DNA from: Octopus vulgaris
Lineage: Eukaryota
NCBI GenBank assembly: GCA_951406725.2
Contig: OX597823.1
Span: 45,260,001-45,324,000 of the forward strand
Length of the DNA: 64,000 nucleotides
Reading direction: 5' to 3'
Part shown: piece by piece, positions 1 to 12,109 of the stretch
Position numbering within the stretch: the first letter of the stretch is position 1
Layout: every line of letters begins with the position of its first letter
Notes under the pieces: generated by a model
Database searches by the model: none
Seen by the model: the letters and a program-made list of their open reading frames with translations, nothing else
Told to the model about the DNA's origin: nothing
Translations under genes and position numbers: made by a program

Positions 1-397
1 CCATGAATTGGATGTAACACTTCTTAACCTCCAGTGGCAAACAGCCATGTCCATACTCTTCCTACCAGCACTTCTGATGAGTGCCAAGGTGGTTGAAACT
101 GACTGGCAAAGTTGGCTGTAATGAATCTATATTACTATTTCGTGCAAATACACCCACCTCCACACACACGTATACCTCTATATTTGAGTGAGAAGTGCTT
201 TTCTTAAATAAGAAAGCTCCAATTCAAGACATCTCCCTGCCACTTTATCATGCCATGTATTGTGCAAGTTTCACCTCTTTGGCTCTGTACACAGTGCAGC
301 ATATCCATTATCAAAGGACTTTGAAAGACTGGTATGAATAATGTTAGTTTTGTGCAACTACAGAAATATTAGAGAGTACTGGTTACGAAAAGCATAA

Positions 398-788
398 GGC
401 GCAGGAGTGGCTATGTGGTAAGTAGCTTGCTAACCAACCACATGGTTCTGGGTTCAGTCCCACTGCGTGGCATGTTGGGCAAGTGTCTTCTGCTATAGCC
501 CCGGGCTGACCAATGCCTTGTGAGTGGGTTTGGTAGACAGAAACTGAAAGAAGCCTGTCGTATATATGTGTATGTGTGTGTGTTTGTGTGTCTGTGTTTG
601 TCGCCCTAGCATTGCTGGTGTGTTTACGTCCCCATCACTTAGTGGTTCGGCAAAAAAGACCGATAAAATAAGTACTAGGCTTACAAAGAACAAGTCCCGG
701 GGTCGATTTATTCGACTAAAGGCGGTGCTCCAGCATGGCCACAGTCAAATGACTGAAACAAGTAAAAGAGTAAAGAGTAAAAGAGTAT
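398..788 (+). mobile_element. tRNA-derived SINE, family A (full length)
   Basis: A/B-box-like head (TGGCTATGTGG...GGGTTCAGTCCC), internal (TG)n, tail ...GACTGAAACAAGTAAAAGAGTAAAGAG. Flanked by a near-identical TSD (gaaaagcataa 387-397 / gaaatgcataa 789-799). More than 10 related copies in the window. Confidence 0.9.
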
Positions 789-1649
789 GAAATGCATAAA
801 GAGCTTGTTATGTTGGAAAGTCCTAGTGCATATTGTGAGAGACTCTTGTGCTATATGAAAACTACTCAAGAGAGACTCTTGTACAATATGAATACAGTTA
901 CAATGTCTCAGTAACAAAAGAAGACGAAGATAACTGACAGAAGTATCACCACAGGTTTTAAGTTTATATCAGGTTCCTGTTTGGTTCTATGAATAACAAA
1001 TGATCCAGTGCCACCTGTTACATAGTTTGTTCATTGGTAACTAAACCAGCACCTCACTAGGTTGCTAAAGACTAAGCAGAACAAAGACAAATCCTATAAA
1101 AGAGATTGATGAATCCCATGTAGAGTCAATGATTATCCAGCATTAGTGTGAGAGGAAACATAGAAATGTTTGAATTTGTGGCTGAGCATGCAGTAAAATT
1201 ACTAGGAGTAACAGACCTCTAGTTCTAGTCAAAACATTCATCTAGGAAAATGGAAAACTCCAAAATCAAACCTCATTATCTTGTGAGTCGACTTGTTTGG
1301 TTAAAACTAGAAGGAGGAATCCTAATGTACCTAATTACATGTGTACTACATATGTATTTGGCAATGAACACAGAAAGAAGACAGTACAGGAGGGAAAAGT
1401 TTTAACAAATGTAGTATTAGTTTAATGCTTAAAAAGAAGGATATCTTGATATTTTAGATACTGGTGCTTCATCAGAGAATATAAAGGAAAGAGAAAAGGT
1501 GATGGAAAAATATGAAGACTGGAAAAAGATGGTTACACCTACCTCCATATGTACGTGTGTGTGTGTGTGTGTGTGTAAAAATATATATATTGATAGAAAA
1601 ATAAATAGATTGATAGATTGGTTGATAGATAAACATAGATTGATGCATT

Positions 1650-1805
1650 CATACATACATACATACATACATACACATACATACATACATACATACATAC
1701 ATACATACATACATACATACATACATACATACATACATACATACATACATACATACATACATACATACATACATACATACATACATACATACATACATAC
1801 ATACA

Positions 1806-1841
<36 letters not shown>

Positions 1842-1850
1842 TATATATAC
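1650..1850. repeat. (ATAC)n microsatellite
   Basis: Directly visible. Confidence 0.97.
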
Positions 1851-1978
1851 ATGTATTTGGCTCAAAACGTAAAACCACCTTTCTTTCCTTCCCTGATCAT
1901 CTGCTAATACTTTACATGTACCACGTCCTCAGGTTGTTGTTTTTTGTGCTTGTTCTTTGTCTATTTGGATTGACTAAA

Positions 1979-2019
<41 letters not shown>

Positions 2020-2552
2020 GCACATAGAAATGAAATATACAAGCACATAAGCAAAATGTAAATAAATAAATAAGTAAAGAGTACTCAGTACTCCAATCAG
2101 AATGAATATTTCATATGTTATTACTTTTCTATTATTACAGCTGGTTACTTTTCTATTATTTCAAGAAAATTCTATTAACCACACCAAGAACACCAAGTTC
2201 CAAAAATGAATTTAAGATTTTTGTGTTACAGGATATTCAAAATAATGCAAAAGAAAAAAAAAAAAACTTTCAATTTTCCTATAAATGACACAGACATAAA
2301 TATTTCTGATTTCTGTTGTAGTGGAAAGGAAATTAAAGAGGAAAACATTTATGTAATAAATGTTATTAAGAATGCCAAAATTTTAGATTTCAAATTAAAT
2401 AGAAATAAAAAACATAAATTGTTTTTTAAATATACCTCTTCCAGGAACATACCCAGTAATGAAAACACACCAGTGGCCAGTAAACATGGAAAGCATAGCC
2501 AATAAAAATTGTTGTAAAGAGTATACAAGGTGGCATCTCAGACTAGTTACGT

Positions 2553-3480
2553 TTTATTCTTTTATTCTTTTACTTGTTTCAGTCATTTGACTGCAGCCAT
2601 GCTGGAGCACCACCTTTAGTTGAGTAAATCGACCCCAAGACTTATTCTTTGTAAGCCTAGTACTTATTTTTCGATCTCTTTTGCTGAACCGCTAAGTTAC
2701 GGGGACGTAAACACACCAGCATCGGTTGTCAAGCAATGTTGGGGGGACAAACACAGACACACAAATGCACACACACACACACACACATATACATATATAT
2801 ATATACTAGCAGTATCGCCCGGCGTTGCTCGGGTTTGTAAGGGAAATAACTATATAAGCATTTTTAGAGAGTTACTTCCCTTATAAATTCGGGCTTTCTT
2901 AGCCATTTTTGTTTTGGTGTCTTCAAGCAATGAAGTCGTTGTTCTAAAAGAACGCTGGTTTCCTTCACAACGCATTACGACGTTGATTTCTTTACACTCC
3001 CTTCCCCACAGCTTCACGAGGGAGGGAAGGGGGAGAAGCAAACAGGTGCAGCTGTGAGCGTGGACGCCAACTCCGCCGCCATCGACATACGATGCATTTT
3101 ATGCATTAAAATGGAATAAAAAATGATGTTAAATTATTTTTTAAATCGTAGACTCATCGTTGACGCGCGCTAATAGTCAGACGGGCTCGATATGAATCAC
3201 GACTATAAGATACCCGAATTTGGTTAAACTGCACCGCAAAATGTGGGAGGAGTTAGGAATCTAAATCGAAGGGGACAGACACTCACACAACTAGAGTTTT
3301 ATATATATAGATATACATATATACGACGGGCTTCTTTCAGTTTCCGTCTACCAAATCTACTCACAAGTCTTTGGTTGGCCCGGGGCTATAGTAGAAGACA
3401 CTTGCGCGAAGTGCCATGCAGTGGACTGAACCCGGAACCATGTAGTTGGTAAGCAAGCTACTTACCACACAGCCACTCCT
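2553..3480 (-). mobile_element. SINE family A, split by a Helitron in its microsatellite
   Basis: The 3' half (2553-2805) and 5' half (3312-3480) match the reverse complement of 398-788. Confidence 0.88.
2806..3311 (-). mobile_element. Non-autonomous Helitron, copy 1 (506 bp)
   Basis: Minus strand begins TCTATATATATAAAACTC and ends CCCGAGCAACGCCGGGCGATACTGCTAG (subterminal hairpin + CTAG). Inserted between A and T, no TSD. Confidence 0.88.
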
Positions 3481-4382
3481 GTTAAAATAAGTTTTAACAT
3501 CATCTCCTTTGAAATAGTCACCCTTGCACAGCTATTCACCGGTCCCAGTGTTCCTGCTACTTTTTGAATCTAGCCTGGAAATTGTTTTCCATAAGTAAGT
3601 AGTAAACCTTCTGTGATTCACTCTGGATTTCAACAAAGGTGTTAAAATGGAGGCCTTTGAGCTGCATTTTCATTTTGAGGAAGAGATAGCAGTCTATAGT
3701 GCTGAATCTGGCTAACAGGCTGGATGTAGGAGTGATACGACGTTTTTGGTGAGAAAGTCATGAGTGAGGAGAGCTCAGTGAAGAAACCAATTCTTTGCGC
3801 TCCACAGATCCGATTGTTTTTGCCAAATGTCCTCCTTCAAATGCTTCAAAACATCGCAGAAGAACTCTTGGTTGACAGTCTGGCTTTAGAGTGATGAATT
3901 CTTGATGCACAAAACCATATTACTGGGGGTGATGCTTGTGGCAGGTTTTCCAGATTGCTCATCACCTTCTAGGGACGTTCTTCCACTTTTGGAGCATCTG
4001 TGCCACTAAAAACATTGTGTATGACCCTTTGCCTTGTTGCCATAAGCTTGCCAAAGCATGCTCGATGTCTCTGTAGCAGACTTCCTAAGTTTAACACAAA
4101 ATTTCATGCTGGTTCTTTGTTCCCTGTCCATGACAAAATCACAGACTACAGCATACACATGATCACCAAAACACAAATTTCACAACTTGTGAAGTAAACA
4201 CAATGCTGTTACCTGGCACACTGCCTCATGAAGGTTACTGTTAGCCCTCACTGTATATGCAACTGTGTGGTGCCATCTGTTGGTATGCTACAGAACTAGT
4301 TCGGGAACTTTTTGATACCACCTCATAAGTGACATATGTCACATGAAAACAGTATATGACATGTGCCACTCACCAAGTAAAA

Positions 4383-4862
4383 TCTATATATATAAAACTC
4401 TAGTTGTGTGAGTGTCTGTCCCCTTCGATTTAGATTCCTAACTCCTCCCACATTTAACCAAATTCGGGTATCTTATAGTCGTGATTCATATCGAGCCCGT
4501 CTGACTATTAGCGCGCGTCAACGATGAGTCTACGATTTTAAAAATAATTTAACATAATTTTTTATTCCATTTTAATGCATAAAATGCATCGTGTGTCGAT
4601 GGCGGCGGAGTTGGCGTCCACGCTCACAGCTGCACCTGTTTGCTTCTCTCCCTTCCCTCCCTCGTGAAGCTGTGGGGAAGGGAGTGTAAAGAAATCAACG
4701 TCGTAATGCGTTGTGAAGGAGACCAGCGTTCTTTTAGAACAACGACTTCATGGCTTGAAGACACCAAAACAAAAATGGCTAAGAAAGCCCGAATTGGCAT
4801 CTAAAAATGCTTATATAGTTATTTCCCTTACAAACCCGAGCAACGCCGGGCGATACTGCTAG
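4383..4862 (+). mobile_element. Non-autonomous Helitron, copy 2 (480 bp)
   Basis: A|TC start at 4383, hairpin + CTAG end at 4862. Nearly identical to copy 1 apart from two short indels. Confidence 0.88.
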
Positions 4863-5417
4863 TCTATATATATAAAACTGTAGTTGTGTGAGTGTCTGTC
4901 CCCTTCGATTTAGATTCCTAACTCCTCCCACATTTTGCGGTGCAGTTTAACCAAATTCGGGTATCTTGTAGTCGTGATTCATATCGAGCCCGTCTGGGTA
5001 TTAGCGTGCGTCTACAATGAGTCTACGATTTTAAAAATAATTTAACATCATTTCTTATTCCATTTTAATGCATAATTTTTCGTGTGTCGATGGCGGCGGA
5101 GTTGGCGTCCACGCTCACACCTGTGTTGCTTCTCCCCCTTCTTCTCTCCTTCGTGAAGCTGTGGGGAAGGGAGTGTAAGGAAATCAACGTCGTAAAGCGT
5201 TGCCAAGGAGACCAGCGTTCTTTTAGAACGACTTCATGGCTTGAAGACACCAAAACAGAAAATGTCTACGATGAGTCAACGATTTAAAAAAAATTTACCA
5301 TAATTTTTTTTCCATTTTTAATGCATTTTTTTTGCTATTTTTTGGCTATAACTCTCTAAAAATGCTTATATAGTTATTTCCCTTACAAACCCGAGCAACG
5401 CCTGGCGATACTGCTAG
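4863..5417 (+). mobile_element. Non-autonomous Helitron, copy 3 (555 bp variant)
   Basis: TC start directly after the CTAG of copy 2; ends CTAG|T at 5417. Carries an internal repeat of the gtctacgatgagtc..ccattttaatgcat segment. Confidence 0.88.
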
Positions 5418-5763
5418 TTGTACATAAATGAGAAAGTGACTGATATATGATTACATATCTTGTTAAAATTAGCAGCTATTCTACTTTATTATCATTAAAG
5501 AATAATGAAGGAGACACTGGGTGATACAATCCTAGATACACTATGTCTTGAAAAAGAAGTGCAGGGTGTTTATAGCTGAAATGTCTTTGATTGTAAGTTT
5601 ACTCATAGTTTTCCAATAGATAACATGTCTGTTTTATAAAATGTAAATTTTTAGATAAGTTTTATTTTATTATTAAAGATTTTATTCTTTGCTGTATGTA
5701 TTCATATTTTACACTATTCAACTTTCTTTAAGCTCATTATACAGTACTTAGAGTACTTAGAGA

Positions 5764-6082
5764 AAGCATATGGCTTTGTGGTTAGGGGTATTCAGCTCAT
5801 GATTGTAAGGTTGTGAGTTCAATTCTTGGTGGAGTGTTGTGTCTTTGAGCAACACTCTTTATTTCACATTGCTCTAGTCTGCTCAGTTGGAAAAAGTGAA
5901 TTGTACTTATAATTGAACGGGCCAGTCTTGTCACATTTTATTTCACAATGAATTGCCTTAAGAACTACATTAAGGGGACACATGTTTGTGGAGTGTTCAG
6001 TCACTTGCACATTAATTTCAGACGCAGGCTTTTCTGTTGATCGGATTAACTGGAAGACTCACTGTTGTAATGTATAGAGGAA
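5764..6082 (+). mobile_element. tRNA-derived SINE, family C
   Basis: Head tggctttgtggttagg...gagttcaattc. Relatives at about 9268-9505(+), 14297-14605(-), 18465-18645(-), 34135-34462(-) and 48125-48415(-). Confidence 0.7.
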
Positions 6083-6725
6083 CATTTATAAATTCACATT
6101 TCATTTTGCTTTAATTTTACAGCAACTTAGACAATATTTATTTGTATCTATTGCTGAAAATTATATAAAAATTTTGAAAATTAGGTTTCTATATGAATTT
6201 TAAAACTTCTTTATCATCTTTATATAGAAATATTGAATTACAAGGAATTGTTTATTCACAAAAGGTGTATATTAGCAAATCTCTTAAATGTTTACAGACA
6301 TATGTTAGAAGACAGCTCATTTTGTCATTTGGGTTTATGAGGTTGTCAGGAGAAATAAATCAAAAGGCATATAATGTTAATACTTATTTGAAAGAGGGAC
6401 AAACTCAGGTTGTTTGCTAATGAACAGCTCATAGGAGAATTGATATGGTTGTAGGCAATGAGGATTTTGTACTCGGCGGTTTTATAATTAAAATTTTGAT
6501 GCTGACCTACAGAACATGATACTGTTTTGAGCCAGTAACATGAAAAGTGAAGCGAGATTTTGTATGGTTTAAATAAAAAGGAAAAAAGTGCAAAACCAAA
6601 CATAAAATACTGTAAAGAATCTGGTGTAGACTTCTTCAGTTGCATTCAGGAGATAAAACTTAAAAGGAAAAAAAAAACGAGAAACATATTGAGAATGTAA
6701 AATAAGAGAGAATGAAAGTCGTTAC

Positions 6726-6876
6726 CAGTGTAAAAGTTGAATGAATCCAACAGTATTGATTCACAGAACCAGACTTTAGCATATGTGTTCAATAGACGTT
6801 TATCATAATCATCAGTCACGCGCCCACCGTACTGTACTTCTCCAATCATATAACGCACTGTTGTCCAAGAGACACC
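6726..6876 (-). CDS. DNAH5: Dynein heavy chain exon H, 151 nt
   Basis: [50 protein letters not shown](G), with the [10 protein letters not shown] motif. Acceptor tttatcccccag, donor G|gtaacg. I did not find the next exon in 1-6725. Confidence 0.96.
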
Positions 6877-8594
6877 CTGGGGGATAAAGAAGTAATCAAA
6901 GCTCCATTTTGTTACGATAAAAGACAAAGTCTGAAAAACATTGATCAATTGATAGGTGAAATGTAGTTAAATACAAATTGTCCAGTAATTGAATGGGATA
7001 TTAGTTAACAATTTCAATGGTTTATGCATGATAACTGTTCCTGCACACCTTTCAACAAATATTGATCTCAGTTTAGCAGGGATGCGGTAGGGGAACTCAT
7101 TTGCATACATTGCTACACCTATACCAAGACAATTGTCAAATGACCATTGTTAGTTTATTGATTTTTTGTTTCTTTTACATAGCTCTGTATGCTTCATCCA
7201 ATATATATGTTACAAGAGTTACACTTTAAAGAAACATACATGCTCAGCATCCCAATCTCTAAGACTGGAATGTTGAGAATGAGTGTTTTCCAGTGACTTA
7301 GTCTGGGACTCAAAGCGTTATTGTCTGAGCAGTTTTCTAGTCATACCCAGCCTAATATTTAACACATAAATGTGGCCCTAATATTTAACACTTAGAATAC
7401 ACAGCCTTCATTTCAAAGAGGTTAGAGAGTTTTCTGGAGGGAAACAAACATGGCTATTATATCTATTTAAGGATCTTCTTCACTGGCTGCTGCACCATAG
7501 AATGGGATTCGCAGTGTGAGGCACATCATCACCACCACCACCACCACAACCACCACCACCACCACCACCACCACCCTCACTATCATCCCCACTATCATCA
7601 TAATCATCACCACCAGTAGCACCACCACCACCAACAACAACAAAACCATGACCACGACCTCAACCACGACAACCACAATGACGACCACATCATCATCATC
7701 ATCATCATTTAATGTCCGTTTTCCATTCTGGCATGGATCAGACAGTATGACCAAAGCTGCCAAGCAGGAGAGCTGCACCAAGCTCCAGTCCGATTTAAGC
7801 TTGGTTTCTACAGCTAGATGCCCTTCCTAATGCCAACCCTTTACGTTACAAAGTGTTCTGGGTGCCTTATACATGGCACCAGCACATCTATTTTTATTTG
7901 GATGTTCACAGGTTTCCAGCCAACATATTACTTCTACAGCAGTACCTGTCTAAGCTACATAAATGAGATATTTTAATTTGGAAATATCTAGTAGATACAG
8001 TAATTATCATAGTAATCTAATGACATAGATGCGATGTCTGAGTGTCACAGAAACAAACAAGACCATCAATATCATTACACAGGTATTGACAATGTGACAT
8101 CTAATACATTATTTTAGCATTTTTACTAATTGGAAATTTCAATTTTCCAAGTGCCATTGTTTCAAATTACTGTTGCTATGAAGGCAATAACAAATAAAAT
8201 ACACACTCACATACATACACATAACACAACACACATTTATGCATGTACACATACTCACATATACACACAAATATTTATGTCTGCATACGCATTTACATAG
8301 ACAGAAACAGCTAATGTTCAGTTATATTTACTAAAATTACAAACGAAATAAACAGATCTTTTTTAGTGTTTTGACTACATGTGTCATGTACACACACAGA
8401 TACATGCACATAAACACACATTGGGTGAACAATGTGTGCGTGTGTGTATGTGTGAGTAAAAATAGCTACCACAATTATATATATATTTCATCATCATCAT
8501 CATATATATTTATATATATATATATATATATATGCACACACGAGTGAGTAGACAAACGAAAGAAGGGAACTCAACACATCTTATTGGGAGTTAC

Positions 8595-8759
8595 ATGCAT
8601 GGATAAAAACAGCTGGATTCAAATCCTTGGTACTCTGTGTTTCAAGTGTCTTGCTAGTCATTGGAGTTTGAATGGTCAACTCCAATGACCGAAGTCTAGT
8701 GACACACTTGAAACTCAGAGTACCAAGGAGTTTGAATCAAACTGTTCTGATCCATACAT
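8595..8759. repeat. ~165-bp imperfect palindrome (foldback/MITE-like)
   Basis: The left arm atgcatggat..tcattggagtt pairs with the right arm aactccaatga..atccatacat around a 9-nt loop. Confidence 0.85.
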
Positions 8760-10247
8760 ATATATACATAAAGCACCATTCGAGTGTTCCCACTGCCAGG
8801 GGTGCCTGACTGGCTCCCATGCTGGTGGCACATAAAAAGCACCCACTATACTCTCAGATTGGTTGGCATTAGGAAGGGCATCCAGTTGTTGAAACCTTGC
8901 CAAATCAGATTGGAGCCTTGTCAGTTCTCAGTTAAACCATCCAACCCATGCTAGCATGGAAAGCAGACATTAAATGATGATGATGATGATGATGATGACA
9001 ATGATGATATATTAATACATACATAATTTGTGTAGCTATAGTGTTCTATAGTTAGTTATTAGTTGTCTTCTAGTAAGAGTGTATATTAAAGCAGTATACA
9101 GCATAATTACTGTTAAAATACTTTCAGTAGTGGACACAAGTAGAACAATCTATCAATTTTGATAGTTTTGATCATGGTTGGTGGTGCTGTAGTAGTTTTG
9201 TATATGTCATTGTTATGATTTTGTTGGCGTTAGTTTGGGCTGTGGTTGGCATTGTGGTGGTGGTCATGGAAGCACGTGGCTTAGTGGTTAGGATGTTGGA
9301 CTCATGATTGCAAAATTGTGGTTTCGATTGCTGGACTGGGTGACATGTTGTGTTCTTGAGAAAAACACTTCCTTTCATTTGTTCCGGTCCACCCAACTGG
9401 CAAAAATGAATAGTTTTGCAATGGACTGGTATCCCATCCATATGGGGAATTTAAATGCCATGAAACCAGGAAATCGGCCTTTATGAGTTGGTATGACTTG
9501 AGAAAGTAACTTTAACTTTAAGGCGGTGGTAGTGGTGGTGGTTGTGGTTGGTGTTTTTGCTTTGGATATGGCTGTGGTTAGTGGTGTTGAGACCTTGGTA
9601 GGTGTTGCTGTGGCTATAATAGGTGTTGCTATGGCACATAAACTTGGATTGTGGTTCTTGTTTATCCCAGGCAGGATCCAACTCAGCAGACCCATGATCA
9701 AAGAGGTTCCTTCGAGCTCAGTTATGATAATAATAATCTTTTCTGCTATAGGCACAAGACCTCGAATTCGTGGGGAGGGGGATAGTCGACTCAAGTACTT
9801 AACTGGTACTTAATTTATCAACCCTGAAAGGTTAAAGGCAAAATTGACCTCAGTGGAATTTTAACTCAGAACATTCAACATCTATTTACCACCAGGGCAA
9901 AGAGTGAGGGGGACAATACAAACCAGACCTAAAGCGTAGAGGGTTACATATAATGAAATGATAAAATAAATAAATTAATTAATTAATTAAAAAGTAAGTG
10001 TACATGGTATACAATGAAAAGGAAGGGAAATAAACATAGTATACAGAGGTTTAAAATATGGGGTGAGATAATAGAGATGTAGTCCTCCTGATAGAGGATG
10101 AGCTCTAGAGATAATCAAGAAACCCCACTGTCCAAGACCTTCCAGAACACCAGGGGTAAGTGCCCTCTACAATTCCTTTTTCCCAACTCACAGGTCTACA
10201 TTTAGAGAGGTACTATCCATTCTTGCCAATAATAATAATAACACCAA

Positions 10248-11364
10248 TGCAGTTCTAGGTAGTGGCTCTCATGGATTCTGATCTTAACTGATTGGTAGAA
10301 TGATCATGTATATGATTTGTCTTAGTGTAAAAGATGGGCTACAGCAAATATTCTGCTCAGTACCCTATATTTGCTTGTCAGTTATTTGAGCTACACCAGT
10401 TGAGCATGTCCCTTAATGATTACTGATATATGTGTCTCTGACCATGAGCAGGAGTAGTGGAGGAGCATCATAGCCATATGTTGAGGGGAATTCTTTAGAG
10501 TTTTAATAATTCACCCCTGGAAACATGGATGTTTTGTTCATTTTCCTTCAACAACCTTTATTCAGGGATATTTTGAGCAGCATGGGCTACTTGAGCTGAA
10601 GAAAATTCTAACAGGGCTCCACCTGCATGGTCATTTACTGTTTATCTTGATATAAGATCATCATGTTGCTCGCATTTGGTTGTGATGCATGTGCCTAATG
10701 CACTCTTATCAGGAGGTAGTCACGATGGGCATATTGGGCTTCATATATTTGTACCCCAGTGTCACTTTGATGGCATGCTCTGCTCTCTCACTCAATAATA
10801 ATAATAATAATAATAATAATAGTACCAGGCAGTGGCTCTCATGGCTTCTGATCTTAACTGATTGGAAGTGTTATCATGTACATTGTTTTGTCTTGGTATA
10901 AAAGATGGGCTACAGCAAATATTCTGCTCAATACCACAGATTTGCTTGTCAGTTGTTTGACCTTAACCAGTTGAGCATGTCCCATAGTGGCTGACGATAT
11001 GTGCATCTCTGATCACGAGCAGAAGTAGTGGGGGAGCATCATAGCCATATGTTGAGAGGGATTATTTGGGGTTTGAATAATTCACCTCTGGAAACATGGG
11101 TGGTTCTTTCAACATCCTTAAACAACCCTTATTCAGGGACCTTTTGAGCGGGATGGGCTACTCAACCTGAAGAAAATTCTAACTGGGCCCCACCTGCAAG
11201 GTTATGTGCTGTTTATCTTGATATGAGATCACCATGTCGCGCAAATATGGTTGTGATGCATGTGCCTGGTGTACCTTTATCAGACGGGTAGTCATGATGG
11301 GTATATTGGGCTTTGTATATTTTACCTCAGTGTCACTTTGATGGCATGCACTGCTCTCTCACTC
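10248..11364 (+). repeat. Two tandem ~545-bp units (10248-10793, 10821-11364), each followed by (AAT)n
   Basis: The units align end to end (agtggctctcatgg...tgctctctcactc) with scattered substitutions. Confidence 0.85.
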
Positions 11365-11386
11365 AATAATAATAATAATAATGATA

Positions 11387-11478
<92 letters not shown>

Positions 11479-11517
11479 AAGAAGAACAACAACAACAACA
11501 CCACCACCACCACCAAT
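11365..11517. repeat. Compound trinucleotide microsatellite (AAT)n(AAG)n(AAC)n(ACC)n
   Basis: Directly visible. Confidence 0.95.
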
Positions 11518-11826
11518 AGTAATGTAGCTATGATTATTGAATTCCTCGGTCTTCATTCAGTAGGCTTAGAGTCATTGGCATGTCAGCCATTGGCAAATTC
11601 ATCATTTTTTTTTCAGACATAGTGTCTCTATTATATTTGCTTTTTAAAGAAAGTAGTATGTGATTTGAGGGAGATTTGAAATTTGCTTTTTATTTCCTGC
11701 AGGTCAAGCAATTGTTGATTCATGATTGTTATTAATACTGTTGTGCTTATCGTTACTCTGATTATTGCTAGTGTTCTTTTTTGATTGCTGATATATTTGT
11801 CAGGTACACATAGAAAATAGCCTTAC

Positions 11827-12021
11827 TTTCTTCATGTCAAGATCATCCAGATGGCTTTGTATAAACTGGACTGTGGCACTGAAGTCAGCTTGGTTAAATT
11901 CATAAGGAATGTTCCATCCGATGGGACCAAACTTGCGTCTCTCCTGTACTGTCGTGTGAAGGAATGCAACACTATACAACATTGGTTTCCACATTGGGAG
12001 ATTATTGATGTCAAGTTGCTC
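11827..12021 (-). CDS. DNAH5: Dynein heavy chain exon G, 195 nt, AAA lid
   Basis: [65 protein letters not shown]. Acceptor ttttttaag, donor AAA|gtaagg, phase 0-0. Confidence 0.96.
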
Positions 12022-12109
12022 CTTAAAAAAAACAAAAAAAAAATTTAAATAATTGCTATTAAATGTAGGAATTGGTGATGAGGAGGAAACAAAATACATG
12101 TGTTATAAA

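Larger units (their letters stand above)
2526..4325 (-). mobile_element. Decayed mariner DNA transposon hosting a nested SINE and Helitron
   Basis: TA-flanked imperfect TIRs (caaggtggcatc..actagtt / actagttcgggaactttttgataccacctca). The minus strand at about 3500-3730 gives a broken mariner C-terminus (PDSA..DCYLFLKMKMQLKGLHF...FQARFKK*QEHWDR*IAVQG). Confidence 0.75.

Noticed and set aside
398-470. tRNA-like sequences at SINE heads
   Set aside because: They have A/B boxes but no full cloverleaf and continue into SINE bodies, so they are not tRNA genes.
6346-6645. Minus-strand ORF as the next dynein exon
   Set aside because: It lacks the expected YxIP...PEVFGLHPNADI sequence; the next exon is probably left of the window.
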